Origin: a virus
DNA: 64,000 nucleotides
Reading direction: 5' to 3' (one strand)
Virus record (IMG/VR): IMGVR_UViG_3300027976_000006
Coordinates: 92,976 to 156,975 of that record
Each line of letters begins with the position of its first letter. Positions within the stretch are counted from its first letter, which is position 1. The position numbers and the translations under genes are program-made. The notes below the pieces were generated by a model. It saw nothing but the letters and a program-made list of their open reading frames with translations. It made no database searches and was not told the DNA's origin. Of this stretch, positions 1-9,269 are shown in pieces.

Positions 1-615
1 AAGATATTACCAAATAGTTTGCAAACAAAAGGTACATTGCGTAAACGGCTGGCTTTGATGGGCGGGGCAGGTGGTGCTTTAATGGGGACAATACCGGGTT
101 TAGTCAATTGGCACGATGGCCGAGATTTTAATGACCCTGCGCTTTGGCAAGGTGGGCCAGAAGATGGGTTTGAATCTGATATCCCTACTTCTGCCAAATA
201 TAAAGAAGCCGTTGCACATTTTATTGAAAAACAAGCTGAAGCGGAGTTCGGCACTATAGGTGGTCCGTCTTTTACTGAAATGCCACTAATACGAACAAAT
301 GAGTTGGGCCAAGTGCTGTGGGGAACAAATGCTAGTCCTCAAACTACCGCCATGACTATGGGAGCGGTTTACGGGGCGGGGCAAATGTCTGATCCTAATG
401 CGAGCCCAGGTATAGTAACACCACACCAAGTTGGATTGTTTGGGATGGCGATGGGGGCGGCAGGTGGCGGGATTAAAGGCTATATTACAGGGCGTACAAT
501 CGGGTATGGTCTAGGTCTATTGACTGGAATGCCCGCAGGAACACAGAATACATTAGGGCAAACCGGGGCAACCCTAGGTGTGATTAACAGTTTAGTGCCT
601 CGACTTTTTAACTAA
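1..615 (+). CDS. Hypothetical protein with glycine-zipper-like hydrophobic segments (5'-partial)
   Basis: Frame is open from base 1, so the TTG at 19 is probably not the start. Gly-rich segments LMGGAGGALMG and GMAMGAAGGGIKG. Confidence 0.7.
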   Translation, partial: KILPNSLQTKGTLRKRLALMGGAGGALMGTIPGLVNWHDGRDFNDPALWQGGPEDGFESDIPTSAKYKEAVAHFIEKQAEAEFGTIGGPSFTEMPLIRTNELGQVLWGTNASPQTTAMTMGAVYGAGQMSDPNASPGIVTPHQVGLFGMAMGAAGGGIKGYITGRTIGYGLGLLTGMPAGTQNTLGQTGATLGVINSLVPRLFN

Positions 616-627
616 GGAGATAGTATT

Positions 628-1056
628 ATGTCCGTACAAGATCAACTAGACCAAGCTGTGCTTGCACTAACGACGCATTACAAGGAATACACAGCAGATG
701 GAAAATTAACTTACAAAGAAGTGCTTTCGTTGCTATGCAACGGGGCTGCTACCCTTATTCGAGTAGTGGAGATATTTGGGGGAGGTAGCCGTGAAGACAA
801 CAAAAAGTTAGTGTTAGGCGGGCTTAGCACATTTTACGATAATGTAATTGCCCCAATAGACATTGTTGGCATCCCGAATATCATTGAGCCTGCGGTAGAC
901 GCGTCCATAAAATCGCTATTACTTGTTACGGTGGAGGGGGCTGCTGATTCATTATTCAATGTATTTGAAAAGATGGGTTGGTTGCACGCAGCTACACCAC
1001 AAGCTCTGCGGTTAATGGGCGCAACCGCTAAAGCGCAACCTGTTATGCTTTTTTAA
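628..1056 (+). CDS. Hypothetical protein
   Basis: AAGGAG upstream; 142 aa; in tandem with neighbours. Confidence 0.8.
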   Translation: MSVQDQLDQAVLALTTHYKEYTADGKLTYKEVLSLLCNGAATLIRVVEIFGGGSREDNKKLVLGGLSTFYDNVIAPIDIVGIPNIIEPAVDASIKSLLLVTVEGAADSLFNVFEKMGWLHAATPQALRLMGATAKAQPVMLF

Positions 1057-1078
1057 ATTCTAGATTTTAAGGTTTGCT

Positions 1079-1477
1079 ATGACTATATTACTTGGGATGG
1101 ATCATGGAGTTGTTTTTTTTGGCCCACGGGCTAACCCAAAAGCGGTACGCTGGTGGGCAGAACGTGGACAACTGCATTGGGAGGATTCCCGCGACAATGC
1201 TTATGGCACGGTTGCGTTGCGGGAATTCCTTCTGCGTTTACAAGGTATCAATGATATGGTATCTAATGGGCGTACTAAAGAAAATGAAGGGTTTATGCAC
1301 GCAGACGAATTGGAACGTCATATGAGATTTATTGAACAAGCATTAGGATTAGTGCACAAGGCAAAAGAACAAGGTGCACCGGATGACCCTGTGGCACAGA
1401 GGCATAAGGCGATGAGTCTGCCAGTTACAGTGGCTATGCCATCGTGTTTGACTAACGATAAAAAGGCTGAACTCTAG
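1079..1477 (+). CDS. Hypothetical protein
   Basis: 132-aa ORF filling the gap between neighbours. Confidence 0.75.
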   Translation: MTILLGMDHGVVFFGPRANPKAVRWWAERGQLHWEDSRDNAYGTVALREFLLRLQGINDMVSNGRTKENEGFMHADELERHMRFIEQALGLVHKAKEQGAPDDPVAQRHKAMSLPVTVAMPSCLTNDKKAEL

Positions 1478-1488
1478 GAGGTTATACA

Positions 1489-1899
1489 ATGCAGGTACAG
1501 GAAGCATTTAAAATTGGTTTCTTGTCTAGATGTGTCGAAGAAGGTTTAAGCTCAGAGAACACACACAAGCTGGCTAAGATGGCTGCGACCTTATTTGAAA
1601 AGGAAGCGCTTATTAACGTTAGTCCGACGGGAGAGGCGCGTAACGCTGTTGGGATACTGAGAGATGTCGCCCCTTACCTGCTGGCTGGTTTGGCTGTCCC
1701 TCCTGCGCTCGGCGGGGCTGCGGCCTATCTGTCTAACACGGCGATGGAAACCGGTGGTGGGGCTGCCCACGGTGTTGAAAATGTTAAACGGGAAGAGTTG
1801 CAGACAACTTACGACAGGCTTACAGCTCAGCTGCAAAGACAGAAAGAATTACGAGATTACAAGTCAAAGCGTAAAAGCACTGGACGAGTTTTTCTATAG
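1489..1899 (+). CDS. Hypothetical protein, possible internal virion protein
   Basis: GGAGG upstream; KLA/KMA/EKEA motifs; hydrophobic segment LLAGLAVPPALGGAAAYL. Confidence 0.75.
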   Translation: MQVQEAFKIGFLSRCVEEGLSSENTHKLAKMAATLFEKEALINVSPTGEARNAVGILRDVAPYLLAGLAVPPALGGAAAYLSNTAMETGGGAAHGVENVKREELQTTYDRLTAQLQRQKELRDYKSKRKSTGRVFL

Positions 1900-1914
1900 G
1901 GTGAAGGAATAAAA

Positions 1915-2289
1915 ATGGCTACTAGTTTAATAAAGTTCGCAAGTCAAAAAGAAGGAAACGAGCGTGGTCGCTTGTTTTGGGACCGGGCAGACGTCGATGG
2001 TTTGCCTTTTCGAGGGCACCAAGCCCCGGCATACCGTAACGAGGAATATGAAGATAGACTTGTACGCATAGCCGATCCAAAAAATGCGACTTTCTACACA
2101 GGGGATCCTGTACAAAATCAAGCGTATTTAAAAGTTATGGATGGCGTGTCAAACTCGTGGTACCAGCTCTCCTTTATCGAGCGTTGGCGTGAAGTTAAAG
2201 ATATACATCATTACATCTACGTAGAATGGCTCGAATACTTTTTAGAAGACGGTAATCCTTGTTTAATTCCTTCTCCATCTGCTCTATAG
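1915..2289 (+). CDS. Hypothetical protein
   Basis: AAGGA upstream; N-terminal IKFAS motif. Confidence 0.75.
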   Translation: MATSLIKFASQKEGNERGRLFWDRADVDGLPFRGHQAPAYRNEEYEDRLVRIADPKNATFYTGDPVQNQAYLKVMDGVSNSWYQLSFIERWREVKDIHHYIYVEWLEYFLEDGNPCLIPSPSAL

Positions 2290-2299
2290 GGATACTCAC

Positions 2300-3100
2300 A
2301 TGAATAAGACAAATGCACAAAAATTATTAAAACGAATTCGAGCCGAAAAATCTGCTGAGTTAGGTGATTCACTTGGTGACACACTTAGGCAGCAGGTCAA
2401 TCAGCAAATGCAAAATGATGCAATTAAAACCATTCTTAAAACAGTAGCATTGTCTGCCGGAGCGGGTGCTGCATTCCGCGGAGCTATGGGATTTTCCGAC
2501 TTCTCACAAGTTAGTAAAAAAGGGCCACGAGTAGTTGAAATGCCGGTAATATACCCTAAAGAAAAAGACAAAACCTTGCCGAAACCAGAGAAAACCGCAA
2601 TAGATTCTAACGCTAGAGCAACTGCTCCGCATGGTTTGGACTATTATTTGCCTAGTTTACTTGTGGGGGCGCCGCTAGCCGCTTACGGTGGGTGGAAAGG
2701 CGTAGACTTTATTTTAAGTAACGCACGAGAGCAAGAAAGTAAAGCAAAGCTTGAAGCTTCTAAAAAGAAATACGAAGAAGCACTGCTTGGTTCGTACAAA
2801 ACAGCAACTGACGGTTATTTAGATCGTGCGTTTGTTGGATATGCTCAAAAAGTTGCGTTTGACCCAATTGGGGCTACATCTGCTGCATTCAATTCTACTT
2901 TTCCAAACGCTTCTGGGCTTGGTAAAGGTTTGGCTTTAACTTATCTGCTAGCGAGTGTTCCTGCTGGGTATTTTCTAGTAAATAAGGCTATGAAGAAAAA
3001 TAGCAGGAATAAAATACTGGAAGAGGCTGTTGCGGAAAGAGCGCGACGACAAGCGATAGCACAACCTCCTGAACTTTACGCTGTGCCGCACAGCATATAA
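2300..3100 (+). CDS. Hypothetical protein, possible internal virion/ejection protein
   Basis: EKSA, EKTA, YKTA and QKVA motifs alternate with hydrophobic Gly/Ala segments. Confidence 0.75.
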   Translation: MNKTNAQKLLKRIRAEKSAELGDSLGDTLRQQVNQQMQNDAIKTILKTVALSAGAGAAFRGAMGFSDFSQVSKKGPRVVEMPVIYPKEKDKTLPKPEKTAIDSNARATAPHGLDYYLPSLLVGAPLAAYGGWKGVDFILSNAREQESKAKLEASKKKYEEALLGSYKTATDGYLDRAFVGYAQKVAFDPIGATSAAFNSTFPNASGLGKGLALTYLLASVPAGYFLVNKAMKKNSRNKILEEAVAERARRQAIAQPPELYAVPHSI

Positions 3101-3120
3101 TTTTGGCTGGAGTTTTACAA

Positions 3121-6100
3121 ATGCTTCCGTTTTCTTCTAATTTGTTTAATCCCGACGCTATGTCCTTGTTGAGTAACGTGCCACAACCGTTGCCAGAAGC
3201 TCCCGTGGTTCCATCGTTTCCAGCGGTTCCGTCGTTTCACGAATTTCATGATACTAATAAAGTTAGATCGCTCATTTACGACAAAGTGCTGAATGCGGCG
3301 CAGCAGGTGCAGCCTATCTCCAACGATCGGCACACGCTGAGGTTATCTGATATAAATTATCGAGATGGTGACAAGTTTAGTAAGCAAGATCAAAAATCTT
3401 CCATTCTCAATGGGAGGACTCAAGGGCGTAGGCTAGAAGGAACTTGGGAGCTCTTGGATAATGCGACACAGCAAGTAATAGACTCCAAGAAGTCAGTGCT
3501 GGCGACTGTTCCGCACTTGACTGATCGTGGCACGTTTATAAATAACGGTACCGAGTATATTTTACGAAATCAACAGCGGTTATTGCCAGGAGTTTATACC
3601 CGGGCAAGGAACAATGGCGAGATTGAATCGCATGTTAATGTTATGGCAGGAAAAGGCGTTTCACACCGTTATTTTTTAGACCCAGAAAAAGGTAGATTTA
3701 AACTCAAGGTAGGCCAAGCATCGGTAGGATTAACTCCTTTGTTGAAAGCTATGGGGGTTACCTCCGAGCAAGCCAAAGAAGCGTGGGGCACGGATCTATT
3801 TGCTGCCAACTATAACTCAGATGACGCTTCCGACTATACACGGCTTAAAGGTATGTTTCTTTCGTCCAAAGAATTACAAGGGCCGGAAGATCAACAGAGA
3901 CAAGCTTTGCTTGCTAAATTTTCTAAAATGGAAATGGACCCCGAAGTAACACGGCGCACGCTGGGAAAGCCTTATGCAAATATGTCATTGGACGCTGTGC
4001 TAGACATCACGAAGAAATTAATAAGTGTTAACAAAAATGAATCAGACCCTGATGACAGGGACGCGCTTCATTTTCAGCAGTTTGTCGGGCCAGAGGATTT
4101 GTTTTCAGAGCGAATCGCACGAGATAAAGGGCAGGTACGCCGTAATTTACTATGGAAAATGTCAGGAAAAGGTAATTTAAGCTCAATGCCTTCGTCCGCA
4201 TTAGACAAGCAGTTGAAAAGTGCATTGCTTAGTAGTGGGTTAGGGCAGGCAATTGAAGAAATCAACCCGACAGACCTTTACGAAAAAACAATGTCGGTTA
4301 CCCGCGTGGGCGAGGGCGGTATTTCTTCCATGGATTCTATCCCCAAAGAATCTCGAAATGTGCAATCAAGTATGCTGGGCTATATAGACCCTGTCCGTAC
4401 TCCGGAATCTGGGCGTGTGGGTGTAGACACTTATTTGGCAAGAGGTTCTCGAAAAGGAAGCGATGGAAAGCTATACGCGCAGTTTCGAGATTTACGAACT
4501 GGTGAAATGGTGTATAAAACTCCACAAGATGTGGCAAACTTAACTGTTGGATTTCCAGGAAGTCTAGAAGGGCCAGATAAGCGGGTGCCGGCAATGCGAG
4601 ACGGCAAAATGCTTCATGTTCCTAAGGATAGTATTGATCTAGAATTACCTAATATGGAAGAGGCATTCAACCCTCTTTCTAATGTTATTCCGATGAAAAG
4701 CCAGGTAAAAGGGCAAAGATTAGTAATGGCTTCTCGTATGACTACGCAAGCTTTACCTTTAGTATCGCCCGAAGCTCCTTTAGTACAGTCGGCAGTTCCC
4801 GGTACAAACGGGAAGCAAAGCTATGAAGAGTTGTATTCGCCAGGGATGGGAGCTTTGCGGGCGACACAAGCCGGTAAAGTTATGGCGGTTACTGACGAAG
4901 GGATTAAAGTGCGTAATGCGGACGGTACCGAGGAAACGCATGAGCTTTATAATAACTTCCCTTTTAATCGAAAAACTTTCTTTCAGCAGACTTCGGTAGT
5001 TAAGCCAGGCGACACTATCCAGCCAAATCAATTGTTGGCCAGTTCTAATTACACAGACAAGGTAGGAACGATGGCTTTAGGGGTAAACGCACGTACTGCT
5101 TATATCCCGTGGCAGGGCAAGAATTTTGAAGACGCGATTGTTATTTCAGATAGTTTTGCAAAGAGAACGGCTTCGTCGCATATGTACCAGCACGAGCTGG
5201 AGATTGACGACAAAACACAATTAGGTAAAAGGCAATTTATCCAAGCATTCCCGGCGACATTTAAAAAAGAAACATTAGCGACTATAGATGATCAAGGAAT
5301 GGTTAAGCCAGGTACGGTAGTTAATTTTGGTGATCCTTTGGTTCTTGGTATTACGCAAAAAGAAAATGCATATAACAAGGTGCACAAACAAGGGCAAAAG
5401 GGATTTAATAACGCAGCCGTACTTTGGGAACATCACGATAGTGGCGTTGTCACTGATGTGGTTATGGGTAAAAAAGGTCCGGTTGTTGTTGTTAAAGCTG
5501 AATCTCCAACGCAAGTCGGCGATAAACTGTCCGGTCGCTACGGGGACAAAGGCGTCATTGCTGATATCATTCACGATAATGAAATGCCACAAGGGGCGGA
5601 CGGTCAACCTTTTGAAGTGTTGCTTAATCCTCTTGGGATAATTAGTCGAACTAATCCTGCGCAAATGTCTGAATTGTTTTTAGGAAAAATAGCGGCTAAG
5701 CGGGGAACGCCGATTAAAGTAGATGATTTTGATACTAAAAAAGACATGAGCCAATGGGTGTTGCAGGAATTAGCCAAAGAAGGTTTGTCTGACTTAGAAG
5801 ATATTGTAGACCCATCTAAAGATCAAAAAATTAACAATGTGGCAACGGGTAGTCGTTTTTTTATGAAATTGCACCACACTGCTGAATCTAAAGGGCAGGG
5901 TAGAAGTGGCGGAGCTTACACTACGGAAGATGCCCCAGCTAAAGGCGGTACGGAAGGTTCTAAGCGCATAGGTTTGATGGATGCCAACGCATTGCTTTCT
6001 CACGGGGCTACGGACACGTTACAAGACATTTTCACAATACGCAGGCAAAAAAATGACCAGTATTGGATGCAATTTATGGCTGGTTACGATCCAAAAATCA

Positions 6101-7587
6101 CTACAGTTCCTTTTGCATATCAAAAATTTGTGAATCAGCTGCGCTCGGCTGGCGTTAATGTGGTCAAGCAGGGAACGCAGACTCAGATTATGGCGATGAC
6201 GGATAAGGACATTGACAGTTTAGCTGGAGACCGTGAGTTGACTAACGCAGATGGCGTAGAGTGGGGTAACCAACTAAAAGAGATCAACGGCGGACTATTC
6301 GACAAGGCTAAGACTGGAGGGCATGGCGGGACACGCTGGTCATTCATCAAACTTCATGAACCTTTGCCCAATCCTGTGATGGAAGAACCTATTAGGTCCA
6401 TGCTTGGACTGACAAAGAAAAAGTTTGAAGGTGTAATAGCGGGTACAGAATCTTTAGACAAATACGGCAGCGGTACGGCAGCGCTGCAAAAAGCATTAGA
6501 AAATTTTAATGTAGATGCGGAAATTTCTAAAGCACGCGCAGTTATTTCCGCAGGTAGAGGCTCGCAGCGAGATGAAGCAATCCGTAAACTTAGTTATGCT
6601 AAAGCGGTGCAGAAGCTTGGGTTACAGCCTAAGGACTATATGCTGACCAAGGTACCGGTTCTTCCTCCAATGTTTCGTCCTGTTAGTCTGATGAGTAATG
6701 GTATGCCTTTGGTTAACGATGCCAACCACCTGTACAAAGAGTTGTTTGAGGCTAACCAGAATTTCAAGAGAATGCAGCAAGAAGTCGGAGAAGATGCTTC
6801 TGGGACAGAACGCCTCTCTACCTACCAAGCGTTTAAAGCGGTGACTGGGCTGGGGGATCCTATTAGTGCAAAAAGCCAAGAAAAGAATGTTCGTGGTGCA
6901 TTAAAAAATGTATTTGGAGAAAGCCCTAAGTTCGGGGTGGTGCAGCGTAAGTTGATTTCTTCCACCGTTGACAATGTAGGGCGTGCTGTTATTACCCCAA
7001 ACCCATCTTTGGATATGGACTCTGTTGGTTTACCGGAGGATAAAGCATTTAAGGTTTACGAAAAGTTCGTCACCAGAAGATTGGTGCGACAAGGTATGTC
7101 GATGCTGCAGGCTCGTACCCAACTAGAAGACAAGACGCCAGTAGCCCGTAAGTTACTGGTTGAAGAAATGGAGCATAGGCCAGTGTATATTAGTCGTGCC
7201 CCTGTGTTGCATAAATTTGGGATTATGGCAATGAAGCCAAGATTGACTAAAGGAAATACATTGCAGGTAAGCCCATTAATTGTAAAAGGGTTTGGAGCTG
7301 ACTTTGACGGGGACACTATGAATTATCATGTGCCCAGCACAGAAAAAGCTAGAAAAGAGGCTTTAGATCGTTTACTTCCCAGCCGTAACCTTTTTAGTAT
7401 AGCTGACATGAAGTCGGTAATGCACGCTCCTGCTAACGAATACATTGGCGGGTTGTTTATGGGGACAGACCCATCACGTAAATCCACGCGGCCTGTCCGG
7501 ATTTTTCAAAACATACAGGATGCGAAGCGAGCACACGAAAGTGGAACTATTTCGGTCAATGACCCTGTCCGAATTTTAAATGGTTAG
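3121..7587 (+). CDS. rpoBC: Phage DNA-directed RNA polymerase, beta subunit fused to the N-terminal (catalytic) half of beta'
   Basis: Beta motifs in order: GTFINNGTE, RTPESGRVG, MASRMTTQALPL, NFEDAIVIS, GDKLSGRYGDKG, LNPLGIISRTN, MKLHH, LRSAGVNV. Then beta' motifs: GGLFD, PVLPPMFRP, VGRAVI, RAPVLH, GADFDGD (7294-7314). ATG 3121 follows GGAG; the ORF track starts at TTG 3103. Confidence 0.95.
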   Translation: MLPFSSNLFNPDAMSLLSNVPQPLPEAPVVPSFPAVPSFHEFHDTNKVRSLIYDKVLNAAQQVQPISNDRHTLRLSDINYRDGDKFSKQDQKSSILNGRTQGRRLEGTWELLDNATQQVIDSKKSVLATVPHLTDRGTFINNGTEYILRNQQRLLPGVYTRARNNGEIESHVNVMAGKGVSHRYFLDPEKGRFKLKVGQASVGLTPLLKAMGVTSEQAKEAWGTDLFAANYNSDDASDYTRLKGMFLSSKELQGPEDQQRQALLAKFSKMEMDPEVTRRTLGKPYANMSLDAVLDITKKLISVNKNESDPDDRDALHFQQFVGPEDLFSERIARDKGQVRRNLLWKMSGKGNLSSMPSSALDKQLKSALLSSGLGQAIEEINPTDLYEKTMSVTRVGEGGISSMDSIPKESRNVQSSMLGYIDPVRTPESGRVGVDTYLARGSRKGSDGKLYAQFRDLRTGEMVYKTPQDVANLTVGFPGSLEGPDKRVPAMRDGKMLHVPKDSIDLELPNMEEAFNPLSNVIPMKSQVKGQRLVMASRMTTQALPLVSPEAPLVQSAVPGTNGKQSYEELYSPGMGALRATQAGKVMAVTDEGIKVRNADGTEETHELYNNFPFNRKTFFQQTSVVKPGDTIQPNQLLASSNYTDKVGTMALGVNARTAYIPWQGKNFEDAIVISDSFAKRTASSHMYQHELEIDDKTQLGKRQFIQAFPATFKKETLATIDDQGMVKPGTVVNFGDPLVLGITQKENAYNKVHKQGQKGFNNAAVLWEHHDSGVVTDVVMGKKGPVVVVKAESPTQVGDKLSGRYGDKGVIADIIHDNEMPQGADGQPFEVLLNPLGIISRTNPAQMSELFLGKIAAKRGTPIKVDDFDTKKDMSQWVLQELAKEGLSDLEDIVDPSKDQKINNVATGSRFFMKLHHTAESKGQGRSGGAYTTEDAPAKGGTEGSKRIGLMDANALLSHGATDTLQDIFTIRRQKNDQYWMQFMAGYDPKITTVPFAYQKFVNQLRSAGVNVVKQGTQTQIMAMTDKDIDSLAGDRELTNADGVEWGNQLKEINGGLFDKAKTGGHGGTRWSFIKLHEPLPNPVMEEPIRSMLGLTKKKFEGVIAGTESLDKYGSGTAALQKALENFNVDAEISKARAVISAGRGSQRDEAIRKLSYAKAVQKLGLQPKDYMLTKVPVLPPMFRPVSLMSNGMPLVNDANHLYKELFEANQNFKRMQQEVGEDASGTERLSTYQAFKAVTGLGDPISAKSQEKNVRGALKNVFGESPKFGVVQRKLISSTVDNVGRAVITPNPSLDMDSVGLPEDKAFKVYEKFVTRRLVRQGMSMLQARTQLEDKTPVARKLLVEEMEHRPVYISRAPVLHKFGIMAMKPRLTKGNTLQVSPLIVKGFGADFDGDTMNYHVPSTEKARKEALDRLLPSRNLFSIADMKSVMHAPANEYIGGLFMGTDPSRKSTRPVRIFQNIQDAKRAHESGTISVNDPVRILNG

Positions 7588-7667
7588 GAAACTAAGTAAT
7601 ATATCTCTATCGTAGATTTTAATTAGGGTTTAGAATCACAAGGTGAGATGACACAAGGAGTATGATT

Positions 7668-8414
7668 ATGGCAGTTAATTTTGAATTGTTACGAATGGCA
7701 CGACAAAGCATAGGAAAAAAACACTTATCTAAATATGCATTCGTTGCAGCGGGTGACCCGGCTATGGGTGCTCCCCCGATGGACCCTTCTATGGGCGGTG
7801 GCGGTGCTCCCCCGATGGACCCTTATATGGGCGGTGGTGGTGCTCCCCCGATGGACCCTTCTATGGGCGGTGGCGGTGCTCCCCCGATGGACCCTTATAT
7901 GGGCGGTGGCGGTGCTCCCCCGATGGACCCTTATATGGGTGGTGGCGGTGCTCCGCCCCCAGCCGACCCGATGGCTGCAATAATGCCGATGATTCAGCAA
8001 GCGGTACAGCAGGCAATGTCCGCCAACGGCGGAGGACAAGCACAAGCAACGCCGTCTGGGCTCAGACCTAAAATCGATATCAATGTCGAAATTGTACAAA
8101 TTAAGAAAATGCTTGCCAAAATTATTGACTCACTTGGTATTCACGTGCCTGTGTCTGATATGGTGGTAACACCTGAAGATTTAAATCAAATTGCGCAAGG
8201 TGGCCCTGGCTATGCGGCGGCAACGCCCGACCAGCCGGCGGGCGGGGGTGGGCTTGGGCAGATTCAGCCTGTTTCTCCCATGAAAGCGGCAGAGGCCTGG
8301 GAAAGTGGTGCAGCTTTCAGTTTACCTTCTGATTATTACCCAGCGCAAACAGCGCATAAAAGTAAAAGTGTAGCGGAGTTGGCTACTGCTCTTTTAATGC
8401 GAAAATCTATGTAA
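7668..8414 (+). CDS. Gly/Pro/Met-rich repeat protein
   Basis: AAGGAG 7 nt before ATG 7668 (track start 7662); five GAPPMDP(S/Y)MGGG repeats; KYA and KAA motifs. Confidence 0.8.
   Translation: MAVNFELLRMARQSIGKKHLSKYAFVAAGDPAMGAPPMDPSMGGGGAPPMDPYMGGGGAPPMDPSMGGGGAPPMDPYMGGGGAPPMDPYMGGGGAPPPADPMAAIMPMIQQAVQQAMSANGGGQAQATPSGLRPKIDINVEIVQIKKMLAKIIDSLGIHVPVSDMVVTPEDLNQIAQGGPGYAAATPDQPAGGGGLGQIQPVSPMKAAEAWESGAAFSLPSDYYPAQTAHKSKSVAELATALLMRKSM
7767..7958 (+). repeat. 36-nt coding tandem repeat, 5 copies plus a partial copy
   Basis: Unit GGTGCTCCCCCGATGGACCCTT(C/A)TATGGG(C/T)GGTGG(C/T), with no spacers. Confidence 0.95.
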
Positions 8415-8426
8415 GGAGTTTATGTT

Positions 8427-8651
8427 ATGTTCATTGTGGAGGTTCTTACTACCGTAGGGAAACCTCCACTTAGGCTTCCTGCTTCTCAAGTTGTAGTGCG
8501 TATGCCGGATGGCACTCCAATTAGCGTGGCGGCTTTGTTCGGCGGGGTTACTAGCGTTTTGGTATCGCATTGTGAAGACTCTAGCTTCAATGACAATTTA
8601 CGTAAGTTAGGCATTAACGAAACCGTTATTTCTACAAAGGTACAAGTGTAA
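8427..8651 (+). CDS. Small hypothetical protein
   Basis: AAGGAG upstream; 74 aa; predicted beta-rich. Confidence 0.75.
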   Translation: MFIVEVLTTVGKPPLRLPASQVVVRMPDGTPISVAALFGGVTSVLVSHCEDSSFNDNLRKLGINETVISTKVQV

Positions 8652-8652
8652 T

Positions 8653-9228
8653 ATGGACAATTCTTTGCGCTCTTCCGACATATATTACAGAGATAGGCAA
8701 CCAATAGTTGTGCCTAAGCCTGTGCCGATGCCGACTTATCGGCAATCTTCTAACGAAAGTTTTTCCAATAATAAATATTATGCGGAGATGTCAACACCGG
8801 CTGGCACAGACGACATAGTTAAAATGCAACTGCGACCAAAAAAAGAATCGGAATTGGAGTTAGCGGATAACTGGGACGGTATAGCAACTTTTCAGAATGA
8901 ATTTAAAGAAGGTGCCACTTCTATCGTGGTAAAATCAACTGAAGCTGTAATCCTGCAGTTACAAGTTGCTGTGGATATGGCAGTCGGGCGTAACGAGTTG
9001 ACGAGAGAGCAGGTAGACTCTATAACTTTTGTAGCAACAGCTCGTGCCCCGATTTTTGCGGTACCAAAAGTGCCTCCGATTAAAGAAACAACTGTTTCTC
9101 CCAAGAGCACACCCGAGGCAGCCGATATCCTAAACGCCCCGACTAAACCGGGCAATAAAAAGGCAAAGCGGGGCATTACCCTGAAAGACATTGCAGCTGT
9201 GTTTGATGTCGACGATAGCGACGCTTAA
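8653..9228 (+). CDS. Hypothetical protein
   Basis: Starts 1 nt after the previous stop; 191 aa. Confidence 0.7.
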   Translation: MDNSLRSSDIYYRDRQPIVVPKPVPMPTYRQSSNESFSNNKYYAEMSTPAGTDDIVKMQLRPKKESELELADNWDGIATFQNEFKEGATSIVVKSTEAVILQLQVAVDMAVGRNELTREQVDSITFVATARAPIFAVPKVPPIKETTVSPKSTPEAADILNAPTKPGNKKAKRGITLKDIAAVFDVDDSDA

Positions 9229-9269
9229 AATCCAGATTTTAAATAATTTGTTCAGGGCAAAACTATTTT

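Noticed and set aside
7767-7958. CRISPR array (also considered for 45565-45644 and 63636-64000)
   Set aside because: The repeats are contiguous, in-frame coding units without unique spacers, and there are no cas genes.
7588-9269. Intron or intein splitting beta'
   Set aside because: No homing endonuclease, reverse transcriptase or intein terminal motifs. The interval holds ordinary genes, two with clear Shine-Dalgarno sites.
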